Assembly: GCA_963695555.1 (NCBI GenBank)
Contig: CAVOGR010000007.1
Location: forward strand, 448,001 to 512,000
From: an uncultured Gemmatimonadales bacterium
GTDB taxonomy: Bacteria > Gemmatimonadota > Gemmatimonadetes > Gemmatimonadales > GWC2-71-9
Direction of reading: 5' to 3'
Length of the DNA: 64,000 bases
Shown here: one piece after another, positions 1 through 8,590 of the stretch
Layout: every line of letters starts with the position of its first letter
How positions within the stretch are numbered: position 1 is the stretch's first letter
Notes under the pieces: model-generated
Told to the model about the DNA's origin: nothing
Database searches by the model: none
The model's input: the letters and a program-made list of their open reading frames with translations, nothing else
Translations under genes and position numbers: made by a program

Positions 1-909
1 GGCGGCGAGCTCCTGGTGCGTGGTGCGGTGACCGTTGCACGGCGCCTCAACGTGAGCCCGGCGTTGATCGGCCTCACTATCGTCGCCATGGGAACCTCGC
101 TGCCCGAGCTGGCCGCGAGCCTGGCCGCGGCACTCCGCATGCATCCCGACCTGGCCATCGGCAACGTGGTGGGCAGCAACATCATCAACGTCGCCGGCAT
201 CGCCGCAATAGCGGCACTCCTGCAGCCACTTCCGGTCTATCCCAAAGCACTCCGGCTAGAGTGGCCGTTCATGTTTCTGGCGAGTTGGGTCGGCTTTCTC
301 CTGGCACGCGATGGAACGATCGACCGGCTCGAGGGCGGGTTCCTGCTCCTCTCCCTGGTGCTCTTCACCTTCTACATCGCGCGACTCGCGCACACCGAAT
401 CGACCGAGGCCCCGCCCCTTGCCCAGGCCCTGACCGAGGAGGCGCTGGGTAAGGAAGCCAAGGCGGGCGGCATCTGGCTGCAAGTGGCGTTCATCGTGGT
501 CGGCATCGTGGTGCTCACCGTGGGCGGACGGGTCCTGGTGACCGGTGCGGTCGACCTGGCAACCCTGGCCGGCGTGAGCGAACGGATCATCGGGTTGACG
601 GTCGTGGCCGTCGGCACGAGCCTCCCCGAGTTGGCCGCCGCCATGGTGGCCGCGCGCCGGGGTCACGCCGAGATGGCGCTCGCCAACGTGATCGGATCGA
701 ACATCTTCAACATCCTCGGCGTCCTCGGTACCGTCGCGTTGGTACACCCCATTCCGGTCACCGCGGCCATCCTGCGTTCCGACATGTGGTGGATGCTCGG
801 CTTCTCCCTCCTGTTGTTTCCCTTGATGCAACGGCGGCACAAAGTGGCGAAGACGGAAGGAGTCCTGCTGCTGGTGGCCTACGTGGTGTATCTGGTGAGT
901 CTGAGGTAG
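1..909 (+). CDS. Calcium/sodium antiporter (CaCA, YrbG family), 5' end outside window
   Basis: Two alpha-repeats GTSLPEL...GNVVGSN / GTSLPEL...NVIGSNIFN; highly hydrophobic; frame open from base 1. Confidence 0.92.
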   Translation, partial: GGELLVRGAVTVARRLNVSPALIGLTIVAMGTSLPELAASLAAALRMHPDLAIGNVVGSNIINVAGIAAIAALLQPLPVYPKALRLEWPFMFLASWVGFLLARDGTIDRLEGGFLLLSLVLFTFYIARLAHTESTEAPPLAQALTEEALGKEAKAGGIWLQVAFIVVGIVVLTVGGRVLVTGAVDLATLAGVSERIIGLTVVAVGTSLPELAAAMVAARRGHAEMALANVIGSNIFNILGVLGTVALVHPIPVTAAILRSDMWWMLGFSLLLFPLMQRRHKVAKTEGVLLLVAYVVYLVSLR

Positions 910-1003
910 GGAGTAGGGAGTCGGGAGCAGGGAGTCGGGAATAGGGTGTGGGAGGGAGTTGGACCGGAACACCTCCTCACTCCTTACTCCTCACTCCTCA
1001 TTC
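907..1003. repeat. Heptamer tandem (NNGGGAG)n plus inverted (CTCCTCA)n element between convergent genes
   Basis: tagggag tagggag tcgggag cagggag tcgggaa tagggtg ... ctcctca ctcctta ctcctca ctcctca. Confidence 0.8.
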
Positions 1004-1012
1004 AATTGCCGC

Positions 1013-1738
1013 TCACCCGCTCGTGCCTATACCAAGCCGGTCCCGGATTACTGCCTCGATCTGAGGCGCGAACCTCGGATCAAGGGCGTGCACGGTGATC
1101 TCGAGGACGTAGCTCTGCTCAGTCTCGGTCAGGAGCTGGACGTCCGTCAGACGAGTGGTCGAGGCCCACGGCGAGACCAGCGCGGCGGCCGGGATGTCCT
1201 CCAGGACGCGCTCGATGGGGCGGGTTCGCGGAACGTTGAGCGTAAAGGTGAAGGCTCTGACCGCGGCCCCGGTCTCGCCCAACCGGATGGGCTCGCGCGC
1301 CAGGGTGCGCCAGGGCAGGCGGACCGTGGACCCGTCGTCGGTCTCGACGGCAATTGAACGGTAGCCGAGTTGCGAGATCCGACCGCCAACGCCCGCCGCA
1401 GCAAACCGCCGGCCGCGGTCGACATCACCCTCCATGCGCAGCAGACCACCCGCCACGAAGTCTTCCAGCGCGGATCGTGCCGTCCACGCGATCGCGAGGA
1501 AGAGCAGCCCCCACGTGATGCTGGCCCACCCGGTCTGGCCGTCGATCATGCGCGAGAGAATCCAGCCTGCCGCGATCGCCGCCACGAACAGCTCGAGCGG
1601 CGGCACGACCCACCGGTTCACCACCCGGCGCGCCCGGCGCGACGGCAGATAGGGCACCACCCGGCGCAGCACGAGGGCCGCCGCCGCCAGGATCAGGATG
1701 AACGCGAGCCACCGCGTGGCGGAGAGGAGCGAGATCAT
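1013..1738 (-). CDS. MscS-like mechanosensitive channel domain protein
   Basis: 3 TM segments then DFVAGGLL...GRISQLGYRSIAVETDDGSTVRLP (MscS beta domain pattern); ATGA overlap with upstream gene. Confidence 0.7.
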   Translation of the reverse strand: MISLLSATRWLAFILILAAAALVLRRVVPYLPSRRARRVVNRWVVPPLELFVAAIAAGWILSRMIDGQTGWASITWGLLFLAIAWTARSALEDFVAGGLLRMEGDVDRGRRFAAAGVGGRISQLGYRSIAVETDDGSTVRLPWRTLAREPIRLGETGAAVRAFTFTLNVPRTRPIERVLEDIPAAALVSPWASTTRLTDVQLLTETEQSYVLEITVHALDPRFAPQIEAVIRDRLGIGTSG

Positions 1739-4700
1739 AGCAGTCCCTCCTGGGTGAGGAACCGGACGAAATGCGGCCGTGCGAACCGGTCCAGCTGCAC
1801 CACTCCGCCCGCCGACTGGACGAGCAGCCCACAGCTTTGCAGCACCCTGAGCTCCCTGGCCAACACTGCATGATCCAGTCGCGTAATGCGGACCAGTCGT
1901 GCGGTCGTTGCCCGATCGTGCACGAGGAACTGCACCGCAATCATGCGCTGGACCGGGGTCAGCCCCGTGAACGCATCGAGCCCGGGCCGCTTCGGCGTGA
2001 CCACATGCACCGTGTCATCCTCGACCCCGCGGATCGAGGCGATCCACGCATTGAGCGCGGACCCGATGTTGCCGTTCGAGTAATCGAACAGCGCATCGAA
2101 GAAGCGGGCGAGTTTCCAATCGGAGAGTTCGGCCTCAGGCCTCCCATCGATGGTGTAGCCCAGTCCGCCTGCCCCGTGCCGTAACAGGACCAGCTCTTTG
2201 AGTTCTCGGGCATGAAAAGGCTCGAGCTCGATGATCGCCAACATCCGGTCATCCATCGGCCGGATGCGATTCATGAGCCGGAACGCACGCACGTTTGCGT
2301 TGATCACGAACAAGCAGCGATCGCCGAACCGCTCGATGAGGTCACAGATCACGTCGAGCACCGCGTTGCCATCCTGACTGCGCTCCCACCACAGCCCGAG
2401 ATCGTTGACCACGAGCGTCGAGCCGGCAGGGAGCCGACTCATCATCCGCCCGGCATCGTCCCGTGACATCTTCAGTGATGACGCCAGCCGACGCTGGAAC
2501 ACTTGTGGGTTTATCGATCCGCCCTCGACCGGGTCGATCCGGAACACGGCACCGCGCGGAAAGTTCTGTCGCGTGACCAGCCTCGAAAGCGTGGCCCTGC
2601 CATGGCCCTGCTCCGCTACGATGAACAGCGCACCTCCGGCGCCTCGACGATGGGCCTGCACCGCCGAGTCCGCCTCCGCCAGCTCGGCCTCGAATCCCAC
2701 GAGATCATCCGCCACAGCCGCACCACCGAGAAACAATTGGCGGTAGTGGGTCGGCAGACTGTCGAGCACGTCGGTCCTGGGCGATACGGCAGCGACTAGC
2801 CGACGGATGCGGGCACCCGGCCCACCCATGCCCGCACCCTCGCGCTCGAGCCGCCGAGCGAGCAGCACGCCCTCACTCCGGCGATAGGCCAGGCGTGTGG
2901 CATTCTCGGCCAACACGCGCCCGATCCGGAGCCGGAGCCGCGTCAGCCCACCGACCAGTCCACGGCCACGCTCGCCTCGGACGTACTGGTGGAGCCGGGC
3001 GGAAACCCGTGAGATGCTGAACGGGTCGAGTCGGGCAACGAGCCCATCGAAACGGCGTCGCACCTTTTCGCCGAAGGATACACGCAGCTCTTCCAGCCGT
3101 CGCAGCTCGCGCTCTGTCCGCTCCATCCCGCTTCGGATGACGGTTTCTGGGCCCGCATCGCTGGTCACGGTGCGCGCCGCTGCGTCCGGTGACCGCAGCT
3201 CGAATGCGGCCAGCTGCGCAACCTCGCGACACACCTCGGCCGAGTCGTCAGCTTCGTCCACCGCGCGCACGACTTCGTCTAACAGCGGCGCGAATACTTC
3301 TGCACGGGCGAGGTACTCGAACACTTCACGAACAGGCAATGCACCGGCGACGACCTCTTCGGGATGTCCCTCCGCCAGCGCGGTTTCGGTTTCGGGCGAA
3401 ATCACCTCGAGTGAAGCGGGCAGTTCTGTTGCAAGTGCCGCAATCCGATCGCGAGAAGCGGCGAGCAACGCGTTCGCCTCGACGATGGGATGGTAGTGTG
3501 CTACCGCCTCGACTTCGGCCTCCGCGTCGGCATCGAGCGAACCCTTGACCTCGTTGAGCACCCGGCTGATGCGTTCGAGTCGACCCACGGTCGGGTCCAG
3601 GATCGCCGCCTGCAATTCCTCCCAGGCTCGTACGGATTCGGTCCGGACTTGGTCGCGAACGAACACGAGCCGGACCCCAATCTCCAATCCGTTCAGTGAG
3701 AGTCGGATGGCCTCGGTCAACGCATCCACGGCGGCATCGATGCGAGCGATTTCCGTCTGCGCCGCGTCCTCCGCGCGCCGCGCCTCCTGTCGCATTCGAC
3801 GGGTTCCGGGCGAACCGGCATCACGCGCAAAGGCCACCACGGCTGCCGCGACCTGCGACTCGAGGGTTCGTATGAAGCGAGCCTCGTCGCCCTTCGACTG
3901 ACGGAGGGCCTCGGCGATCTCGGCGCGCATGGCGTCGGCCGGCGTCGACATGCGCATGTCTTCAGGGTCCGTACTCGCGGCCAGAGTCCGTTCTATCCAA
4001 CGCTGGGCAAAGACAGCGGTTCGTGCCGCATCGGCCGCCACCATATCCAGCAAGGCCCCATACGCACGCGCCGCGAAGGGGCGCAGCTGTGCCTCCAGCA
4101 GCATCCGGGCCTGGGTCCGGTGCCCGGGCTTCCGTCGGAACAGGCCACGCTTCCTTACAGCCCCACCTACCTCGTCGCCGCGCGGCAGGACATCGAGCCA
4201 CTCCGGCGCTTGCTCGCATTGCGCCGCTATCGCGACACCGAGCCGATGGCCAAAGCCGGTCAGCAATGCGCCACGCGCCGCGATCCCTGCTGTCCGTTCC
4301 TGTTCAATTCGTTCACATGCGGTTTGCACCAGCTCCCCGCGAGCAGCGGCCACTGCCTCCGGTCCCGGGACACCGCCGCCTACCTCGTGCCTTGTGTGGC
4401 CGGTCAGGACGTCGAGGGCGAGGGCGCCGATGTCATTGAGAAAGGCGCGGTCGGTGTCGCCGATGCGACGCACGTACTCATCACGCGCCGACACAACGTC
4501 GGCCATCAGCTCGCGTCCGACGGAGCGGGCGAGAGTGGCCACGCTCTCCGGAGCCGTGATCTCGATGTCCTCAGGCACTGGCTCCGGCACCGCCGCGTGC
4601 TCCGGTTCCTCGCGCCGCTCTGCTGGGCCAGTGCTCAGCGCGGCGGACGCCCGGACCAGCGGCTCGGCAAAGAAGGACGATGCGCGCGCCAGCACCACTG

Positions 4701-6792
4701 TGCCGAGGACATCCACTACGGAGTTCATGTCCGCAATGAACCGCGTTGCGTCGCCCTCGCGCATATCAGAGAGCCCGAGTACCGTGAGATCTGCGTCGAT
4801 CGACTCGCCTCGGATGATGTCAGAGAACGGTCGCTTCTCAATCATGTTGTCGATCACGCGGACTTCCGCCTCGACCCGATGTTCTTCCAACACCAGCGCC
4901 ATGTCACGCAAGATGGATGCGTTCCAGGCCGAGTCGTGGTCATTGACGGTGAGAAACCGCACCGTCACGTCCTGCCACTCGTCCGCGTTGCCGAGGAACC
5001 GGATCAGCGCGAGTGAGAACGAAACGTCACTGCCCGTCAGTCGCCACCAGACATCAATCCGCTCACGCTTGCCCCAGTGACGTTCCCGGTCATAATCCAA
5101 GAGCAGAATGTTGAGGTCTCGGTTCACCAGGTGCTGGAGTAGCGACGCGAACCGCTCCGGGTCTCTCGAGTCCCGGGCCCAGCCCATCACGACTGTGTTG
5201 GGTTCGATTCCGACGAACCCATAGTGATCCGCAATCTCGGCCACGCCCGTATACACGTCCGCGCACTCCACTTGCCGGGTGAACACGCCCCACGGTGCTC
5301 CATCCGCAAGCTTGTCAGTGGAGCCTGCCCCTTCCTCCACCAACTGGAAATTCGTCACCAGGCCGCGTGAGCCGGCCAGCTGCATCGCAAACTCGATGAG
5401 ATGTGGACGAGCGGCGGCTCCACCACTGAAGAGCAGCACGTTCGGCCGCCAGTTGCGGAGGTGTCCAAGCCCCGCGTTGAGCCGGAGCAGGGCCGAGCGA
5501 GCCAGGGAGGACCACACGCCTTCCCAGGTGTCACCCGTCTCCAGCCTCAGCTGCCGGCGTGTCAGGACGAGGTAGAGCCCAGCGAGCAGCACGGACGCGC
5601 CGAGCATTGCCAGGAAATCGAGCTGAATCATCACGACGAAACACGCGATCGACCCGATGATCGCGACGAATCTCGGCACTCGGAACTCCGGCCGAAAATC
5701 GGGGCTGACCCAACTCTCAATCGCGGCGGTGAGGTTGAGGAACCCGTACGTCATGATGAAGAACATCGAGACGATACGGGCAATGACGTCGAGCTCGCCA
5801 ATCAGGATCCCGGCCCACGCGATGACGAATGCCAATACCAGTGCGTGCCGAGGCTCATTCTCCTTGCCATAGCCCTTGGCGAACCACCGCGGTGAGATTC
5901 CATCGGCCGCGGTGGCCTGCAGGATGCGCGGCGCGCCGAGAATGCTGCCGAACGCGGACGAGATGGTGGCCCCCCAGATCCCGGCCACGACAAGTGGCGG
6001 GAAGAACGACATCTCGAGCAAGACGTTGGGGTTGTTGGCGAGTTCCTGCCGGTCGACCGTGAACGCAAGAAACGCGACAAGGCCCAGGTACACCAAGAGT
6101 CCGACGAGGATCGCGGAGATGGTGCCGCCGGGAATCGCTCGCTTCGGGTCCTTGAGGTCGCCGGACATCGAGACACCCGCCTCGAAACCGGTGACCGCCG
6201 GGAAGAAGATCCCGAACAGCACGATGAAGGGGGCCGCCTCGGCGAGCGGCCGTATCTGCGACGCGGCCGGTACCATCTCGTGCCGGCCCAGAAGAATAGA
6301 AACCAGCGAGAGCGCGATTGCGGCCATGATCCAGAACTGCATCTTGAGCGCGAGCGCGGTGCTGATCAGCGTGACCGTGGTGACGACGGCCAGCATGATT
6401 GACCCGGTCAGGCGGATCGTGCTGGCGTTGACCGGCAGCCCCCAGACGCCCAGGAAGCTCTCGGAGAACCCGACCAGGTACATGCTGACGCTAAACGAGA
6501 GCCCGACGAACAGCGCCAGCCCAAGCGTCCCGCCCATGGCCAGGCCCAGGCTGCGGGAGATGATGTAGTAGGTGCCGCCCGCCTTGACCCGCTTGTCCGT
6601 CGCAATCGAGGAGACGCTGAGCCCGGTGGCTACCGAGATGATATGGGCGACGGCAATGATCCCGAAGGCCTGGAGCAACCCCGCCTGCCCCACGATGCTG
6701 GGCAGGCGCAGGTACATGATGACGCCGAGGATCGTCAGGATGGACGGAGTGAACACGCCGGCGAATGCGCCGAACTTCCTGGCCTGCGCCAT
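1735..6792 (-). CDS. SLC12/cation-chloride cotransporter-like permease fused to long helical region, degenerate P-loop NTPase and winged-helix
   Basis: FGAFAGVFTPSILTILGVIMYLR, IFFPAVTGFEAG, NWRPNVLLF motifs; C-terminal AEQGHGRAT (Walker A-like), LVVNDL (Walker B-like). Confidence 0.85.
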   Translation of the reverse strand: MAQARKFGAFAGVFTPSILTILGVIMYLRLPSIVGQAGLLQAFGIIAVAHIISVATGLSVSSIATDKRVKAGGTYYIISRSLGLAMGGTLGLALFVGLSFSVSMYLVGFSESFLGVWGLPVNASTIRLTGSIMLAVVTTVTLISTALALKMQFWIMAAIALSLVSILLGRHEMVPAASQIRPLAEAAPFIVLFGIFFPAVTGFEAGVSMSGDLKDPKRAIPGGTISAILVGLLVYLGLVAFLAFTVDRQELANNPNVLLEMSFFPPLVVAGIWGATISSAFGSILGAPRILQATAADGISPRWFAKGYGKENEPRHALVLAFVIAWAGILIGELDVIARIVSMFFIMTYGFLNLTAAIESWVSPDFRPEFRVPRFVAIIGSIACFVVMIQLDFLAMLGASVLLAGLYLVLTRRQLRLETGDTWEGVWSSLARSALLRLNAGLGHLRNWRPNVLLFSGGAAARPHLIEFAMQLAGSRGLVTNFQLVEEGAGSTDKLADGAPWGVFTRQVECADVYTGVAEIADHYGFVGIEPNTVVMGWARDSRDPERFASLLQHLVNRDLNILLLDYDRERHWGKRERIDVWWRLTGSDVSFSLALIRFLGNADEWQDVTVRFLTVNDHDSAWNASILRDMALVLEEHRVEAEVRVIDNMIEKRPFSDIIRGESIDADLTVLGLSDMREGDATRFIADMNSVVDVLGTVVLARASSFFAEPLVRASAALSTGPAERREEPEHAAVPEPVPEDIEITAPESVATLARSVGRELMADVVSARDEYVRRIGDTDRAFLNDIGALALDVLTGHTRHEVGGGVPGPEAVAAARGELVQTACERIEQERTAGIAARGALLTGFGHRLGVAIAAQCEQAPEWLDVLPRGDEVGGAVRKRGLFRRKPGHRTQARMLLEAQLRPFAARAYGALLDMVAADAARTAVFAQRWIERTLAASTDPEDMRMSTPADAMRAEIAEALRQSKGDEARFIRTLESQVAAAVVAFARDAGSPGTRRMRQEARRAEDAAQTEIARIDAAVDALTEAIRLSLNGLEIGVRLVFVRDQVRTESVRAWEELQAAILDPTVGRLERISRVLNEVKGSLDADAEAEVEAVAHYHPIVEANALLAASRDRIAALATELPASLEVISPETETALAEGHPEEVVAGALPVREVFEYLARAEVFAPLLDEVVRAVDEADDSAEVCREVAQLAAFELRSPDAAARTVTSDAGPETVIRSGMERTERELRRLEELRVSFGEKVRRRFDGLVARLDPFSISRVSARLHQYVRGERGRGLVGGLTRLRLRIGRVLAENATRLAYRRSEGVLLARRLEREGAGMGGPGARIRRLVAAVSPRTDVLDSLPTHYRQLFLGGAAVADDLVGFEAELAEADSAVQAHRRGAGGALFIVAEQGHGRATLSRLVTRQNFPRGAVFRIDPVEGGSINPQVFQRRLASSLKMSRDDAGRMMSRLPAGSTLVVNDLGLWWERSQDGNAVLDVICDLIERFGDRCLFVINANVRAFRLMNRIRPMDDRMLAIIELEPFHARELKELVLLRHGAGGLGYTIDGRPEAELSDWKLARFFDALFDYSNGNIGSALNAWIASIRGVEDDTVHVVTPKRPGLDAFTGLTPVQRMIAVQFLVHDRATTARLVRITRLDHAVLARELRVLQSCGLLVQSAGGVVQLDRFARPHFVRFLTQEGLL

Positions 6793-6952
6793 GAACGTCG
6801 CCTTTCCTGGAGAGCGCTGCGGAGTGGGCCTGGCCAGGGAAGGCCGACCTTATTCAGCCGCCACCAGTCAGTTCGCACCCGCAGGACAAAGGTGCGGCAT
6901 CACCCGACACGGAAGCAAGCCCGCGGCAAGCCGAGGAGTAAGGCCGGCTGGC

Positions 6953-7032
6953 GGGGAGTAGGGAGAAGGGAGTAGGGAGTGGGGAGTGGGAGGGAGTCGG
7001 GTCGGACCCCCTTACTCCTCACTGCTCCCTCA
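6953..7032. repeat. Second copy of GGGAGTN heptamer/inverted element
   Basis: gggagta gggagaa gggagta gggagtg gggagtg ggagggagtcgggtcggacccc cttactcctcact; shares a core with 907-1003. Confidence 0.8.
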
Positions 7033-7076
7033 CAAACCGATAGCCGTTCGCTGGGGGAGTGCGGAATGGGGGGAGG

Positions 7077-7913
7077 TTAGGCCGCTTCGAGCGTGAAGAT
7101 CGGGAGTTCCGGCGGGCAGCGGAAGCGGGTGCGAATCCCGATCGAGCCCACCCCTCGAGAGACGTACATCGGCCCTGCACTGGTCCGGTACCATCCGGCC
7201 AGGTAGCCACCCGACCCCCACGGCAAGACCGGCGGCACGCCAGGGAGCCTGATTTGTCCGCCGTGGGTGTGACCCGAGAGGATGAGCGCCGGCTCCGCCG
7301 CGTCAGGCCATGCCACGAGGTCCACGTGGCCGGGCTCGTGAATCAGCCAGATCTGCGGCACCCCCGGCAGCGTTGCTCCGGCCGCCGTCATCGCATCGGG
7401 CTGCCCGGCGCGGAGATCGTCGAGCCCGACGATCGTCAGGGCAGCACCGTTGATGGCGCATGTTTCGGCCCGGTTGACCAGGAGCGCTGCGCCAGCCTGT
7501 TCGTGGATCCGCTCCGCCTGGGTCGTGGTCGTCCCCGCCCAGTACTCGTGATTGCCGAGGACCGCGATGACCGGGAGACCGCCGGGCAAGGACCGAAGCC
7601 AGTGCGACAACGTCCGGCTCCCCTCCATGCGATCGTACTGGTCCCCCGTCAGGACCACTAAATTCGGCCGCTCCCGGTCGAGCAACGCCAGCACGTCGTC
7701 GGCGACTGGGTGGACACCGTCGTAGAGATGCAGGTCGCTCACCTGAGCGATCCGCATCCGGTCGAGCGAACTCGGCAGCCCCGGCACTCGGACCCGGTGC
7801 CGGGTCAGGGAGACCCGCGTCGACTCGGCCGGCCCGAGCGAGGGGACCAACGTTCCGGCGGCAACGGTCGTGCCGATTGCAAGAAAGCGACGGCGAGTGA
7901 TGCGACTGGGCAA
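7077..7913 (-). CDS. Metallophosphoesterase (YkuE/YaeI-like) with twin-arginine-like N-terminus
   Basis: SDLH, TGD, LGNHE, SGHTHGGQ motifs; ITRRRFL; TTG start chosen for upstream AGGAG. Confidence 0.85.
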   Translation of the reverse strand: MPSRITRRRFLAIGTTVAAGTLVPSLGPAESTRVSLTRHRVRVPGLPSSLDRMRIAQVSDLHLYDGVHPVADDVLALLDRERPNLVVLTGDQYDRMEGSRTLSHWLRSLPGGLPVIAVLGNHEYWAGTTTTQAERIHEQAGAALLVNRAETCAINGAALTIVGLDDLRAGQPDAMTAAGATLPGVPQIWLIHEPGHVDLVAWPDAAEPALILSGHTHGGQIRLPGVPPVLPWGSGGYLAGWYRTSAGPMYVSRGVGSIGIRTRFRCPPELPIFTLEAA

Positions 7914-8101
7914 CGGCTCGGGCTCCTGCCTGGTACGAGATGATCCAAATGTTGGGCGCTGCAAGCTGAGAAGAGTCCGGGTCTGCAACATCCGCGCCGG
8001 AGGGGGCGGGCGGAAAGGGGGGGAGTCAGCGGTTGGGCGGATCGGCCGATCGATGGCTCGATTCCAGGTACTCCGAGCTGGCGCGCTATATTGGAGCGCA
8101 C

Positions 8102-8183
8102 GCGAACGTGGCGGAACTGGCAGACGCGCAGGACTTAGGATCCTGTCCCGCAAGGGGTGCGGGTTCGACTCCCGCCGTTCGCA
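8102..8183 (+). tRNA. tRNA-Leu (anticodon TAG), CCA not encoded
   Basis: Acceptor GCGAACG/CGTTCGC, anticodon arm CAGGA-CTTAGGA-TCCTG, long variable arm, T arm GCGGG-TTCGACT-CCCGC. Confidence 0.96.
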
Positions 8184-8199
8184 CTGGGGGCGACTTGGT

Positions 8200-8372
8200 G
8201 GGTGCACCTGCGGGTGCTCCGCACCCTCGGTGTCCTCCATCGCCTGACGGCGATCGTCGGATCGAGTCCCACCGTTCGCATGTCTCGACGGGTTCACCTG
8301 CGGGCGCTTCGCGCCCTCGGTGTCCTCGACCGCCTGACGGCGCTCGTCGGATCGACTCCCGCCGTTCGCACT
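8200..8372 (+). repeat. Two 81-bp tRNA-linked repeats (8200-8280, 8290-8370) ending in the tRNA-Leu 3' end
   Basis: Units match at 72/81 positions; 8352-8372 is identical to tRNA 8165-8185 (TCGACTCCCGCCGTTCGCACT). Confidence 0.9.
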
Positions 8373-8378
8373 CGAGAA

Positions 8379-8455
8379 GGCTATCGGCTATCGGCTAACG
8401 GCTATCGGTCCTTGGACTCTGCCGTACAGAGACTGATAGCCGACAGCTGATAGCA
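8379..8455. repeat. GGCTATC heptamer tandem with inverted GATAGC copies
   Basis: ggctatc ggctatc ggctaac ggctatc ... gatagcc gacagct gatagca. Confidence 0.75.
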
Positions 8456-8551
8456 GCCTCCCTTGCAGCAATCTCTTGCTGCATCCCGCTGTAAGCCGTT
8501 CACCATTAGCTGTAACCCTTACACCCATCTCGACTTAGCCCCCCCTCGTCA

Positions 8552-8581
8552 TTGACCCCTCGACCCCCGCCCCGGTAGATT
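8552..8581 (+). promoter_or_regulatory. Putative sigma70 promoter of tig (TTGACC-N18-TAGATT)
   Basis: -35 at 8552-8557, -10 at 8576-8581, 9 nt before ATG, no SD. Confidence 0.6.
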
Positions 8582-8590
8582 CCGTCCCCT

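Noticed and set aside
6793..6950. Possible c-di-AMP (ydaO) riboswitch before the ion transporter (GCTGAAT on minus strand)
   Set aside because: Other conserved blocks (GGGGGA, CAGCTAAC) are not present.
8165..8372. CRISPR array or prophage attL/attR interpretation of the tRNA repeats
   Set aside because: Whole units are repeated with only 9-16 nt between them, and there are no cas, integrase or cargo genes.
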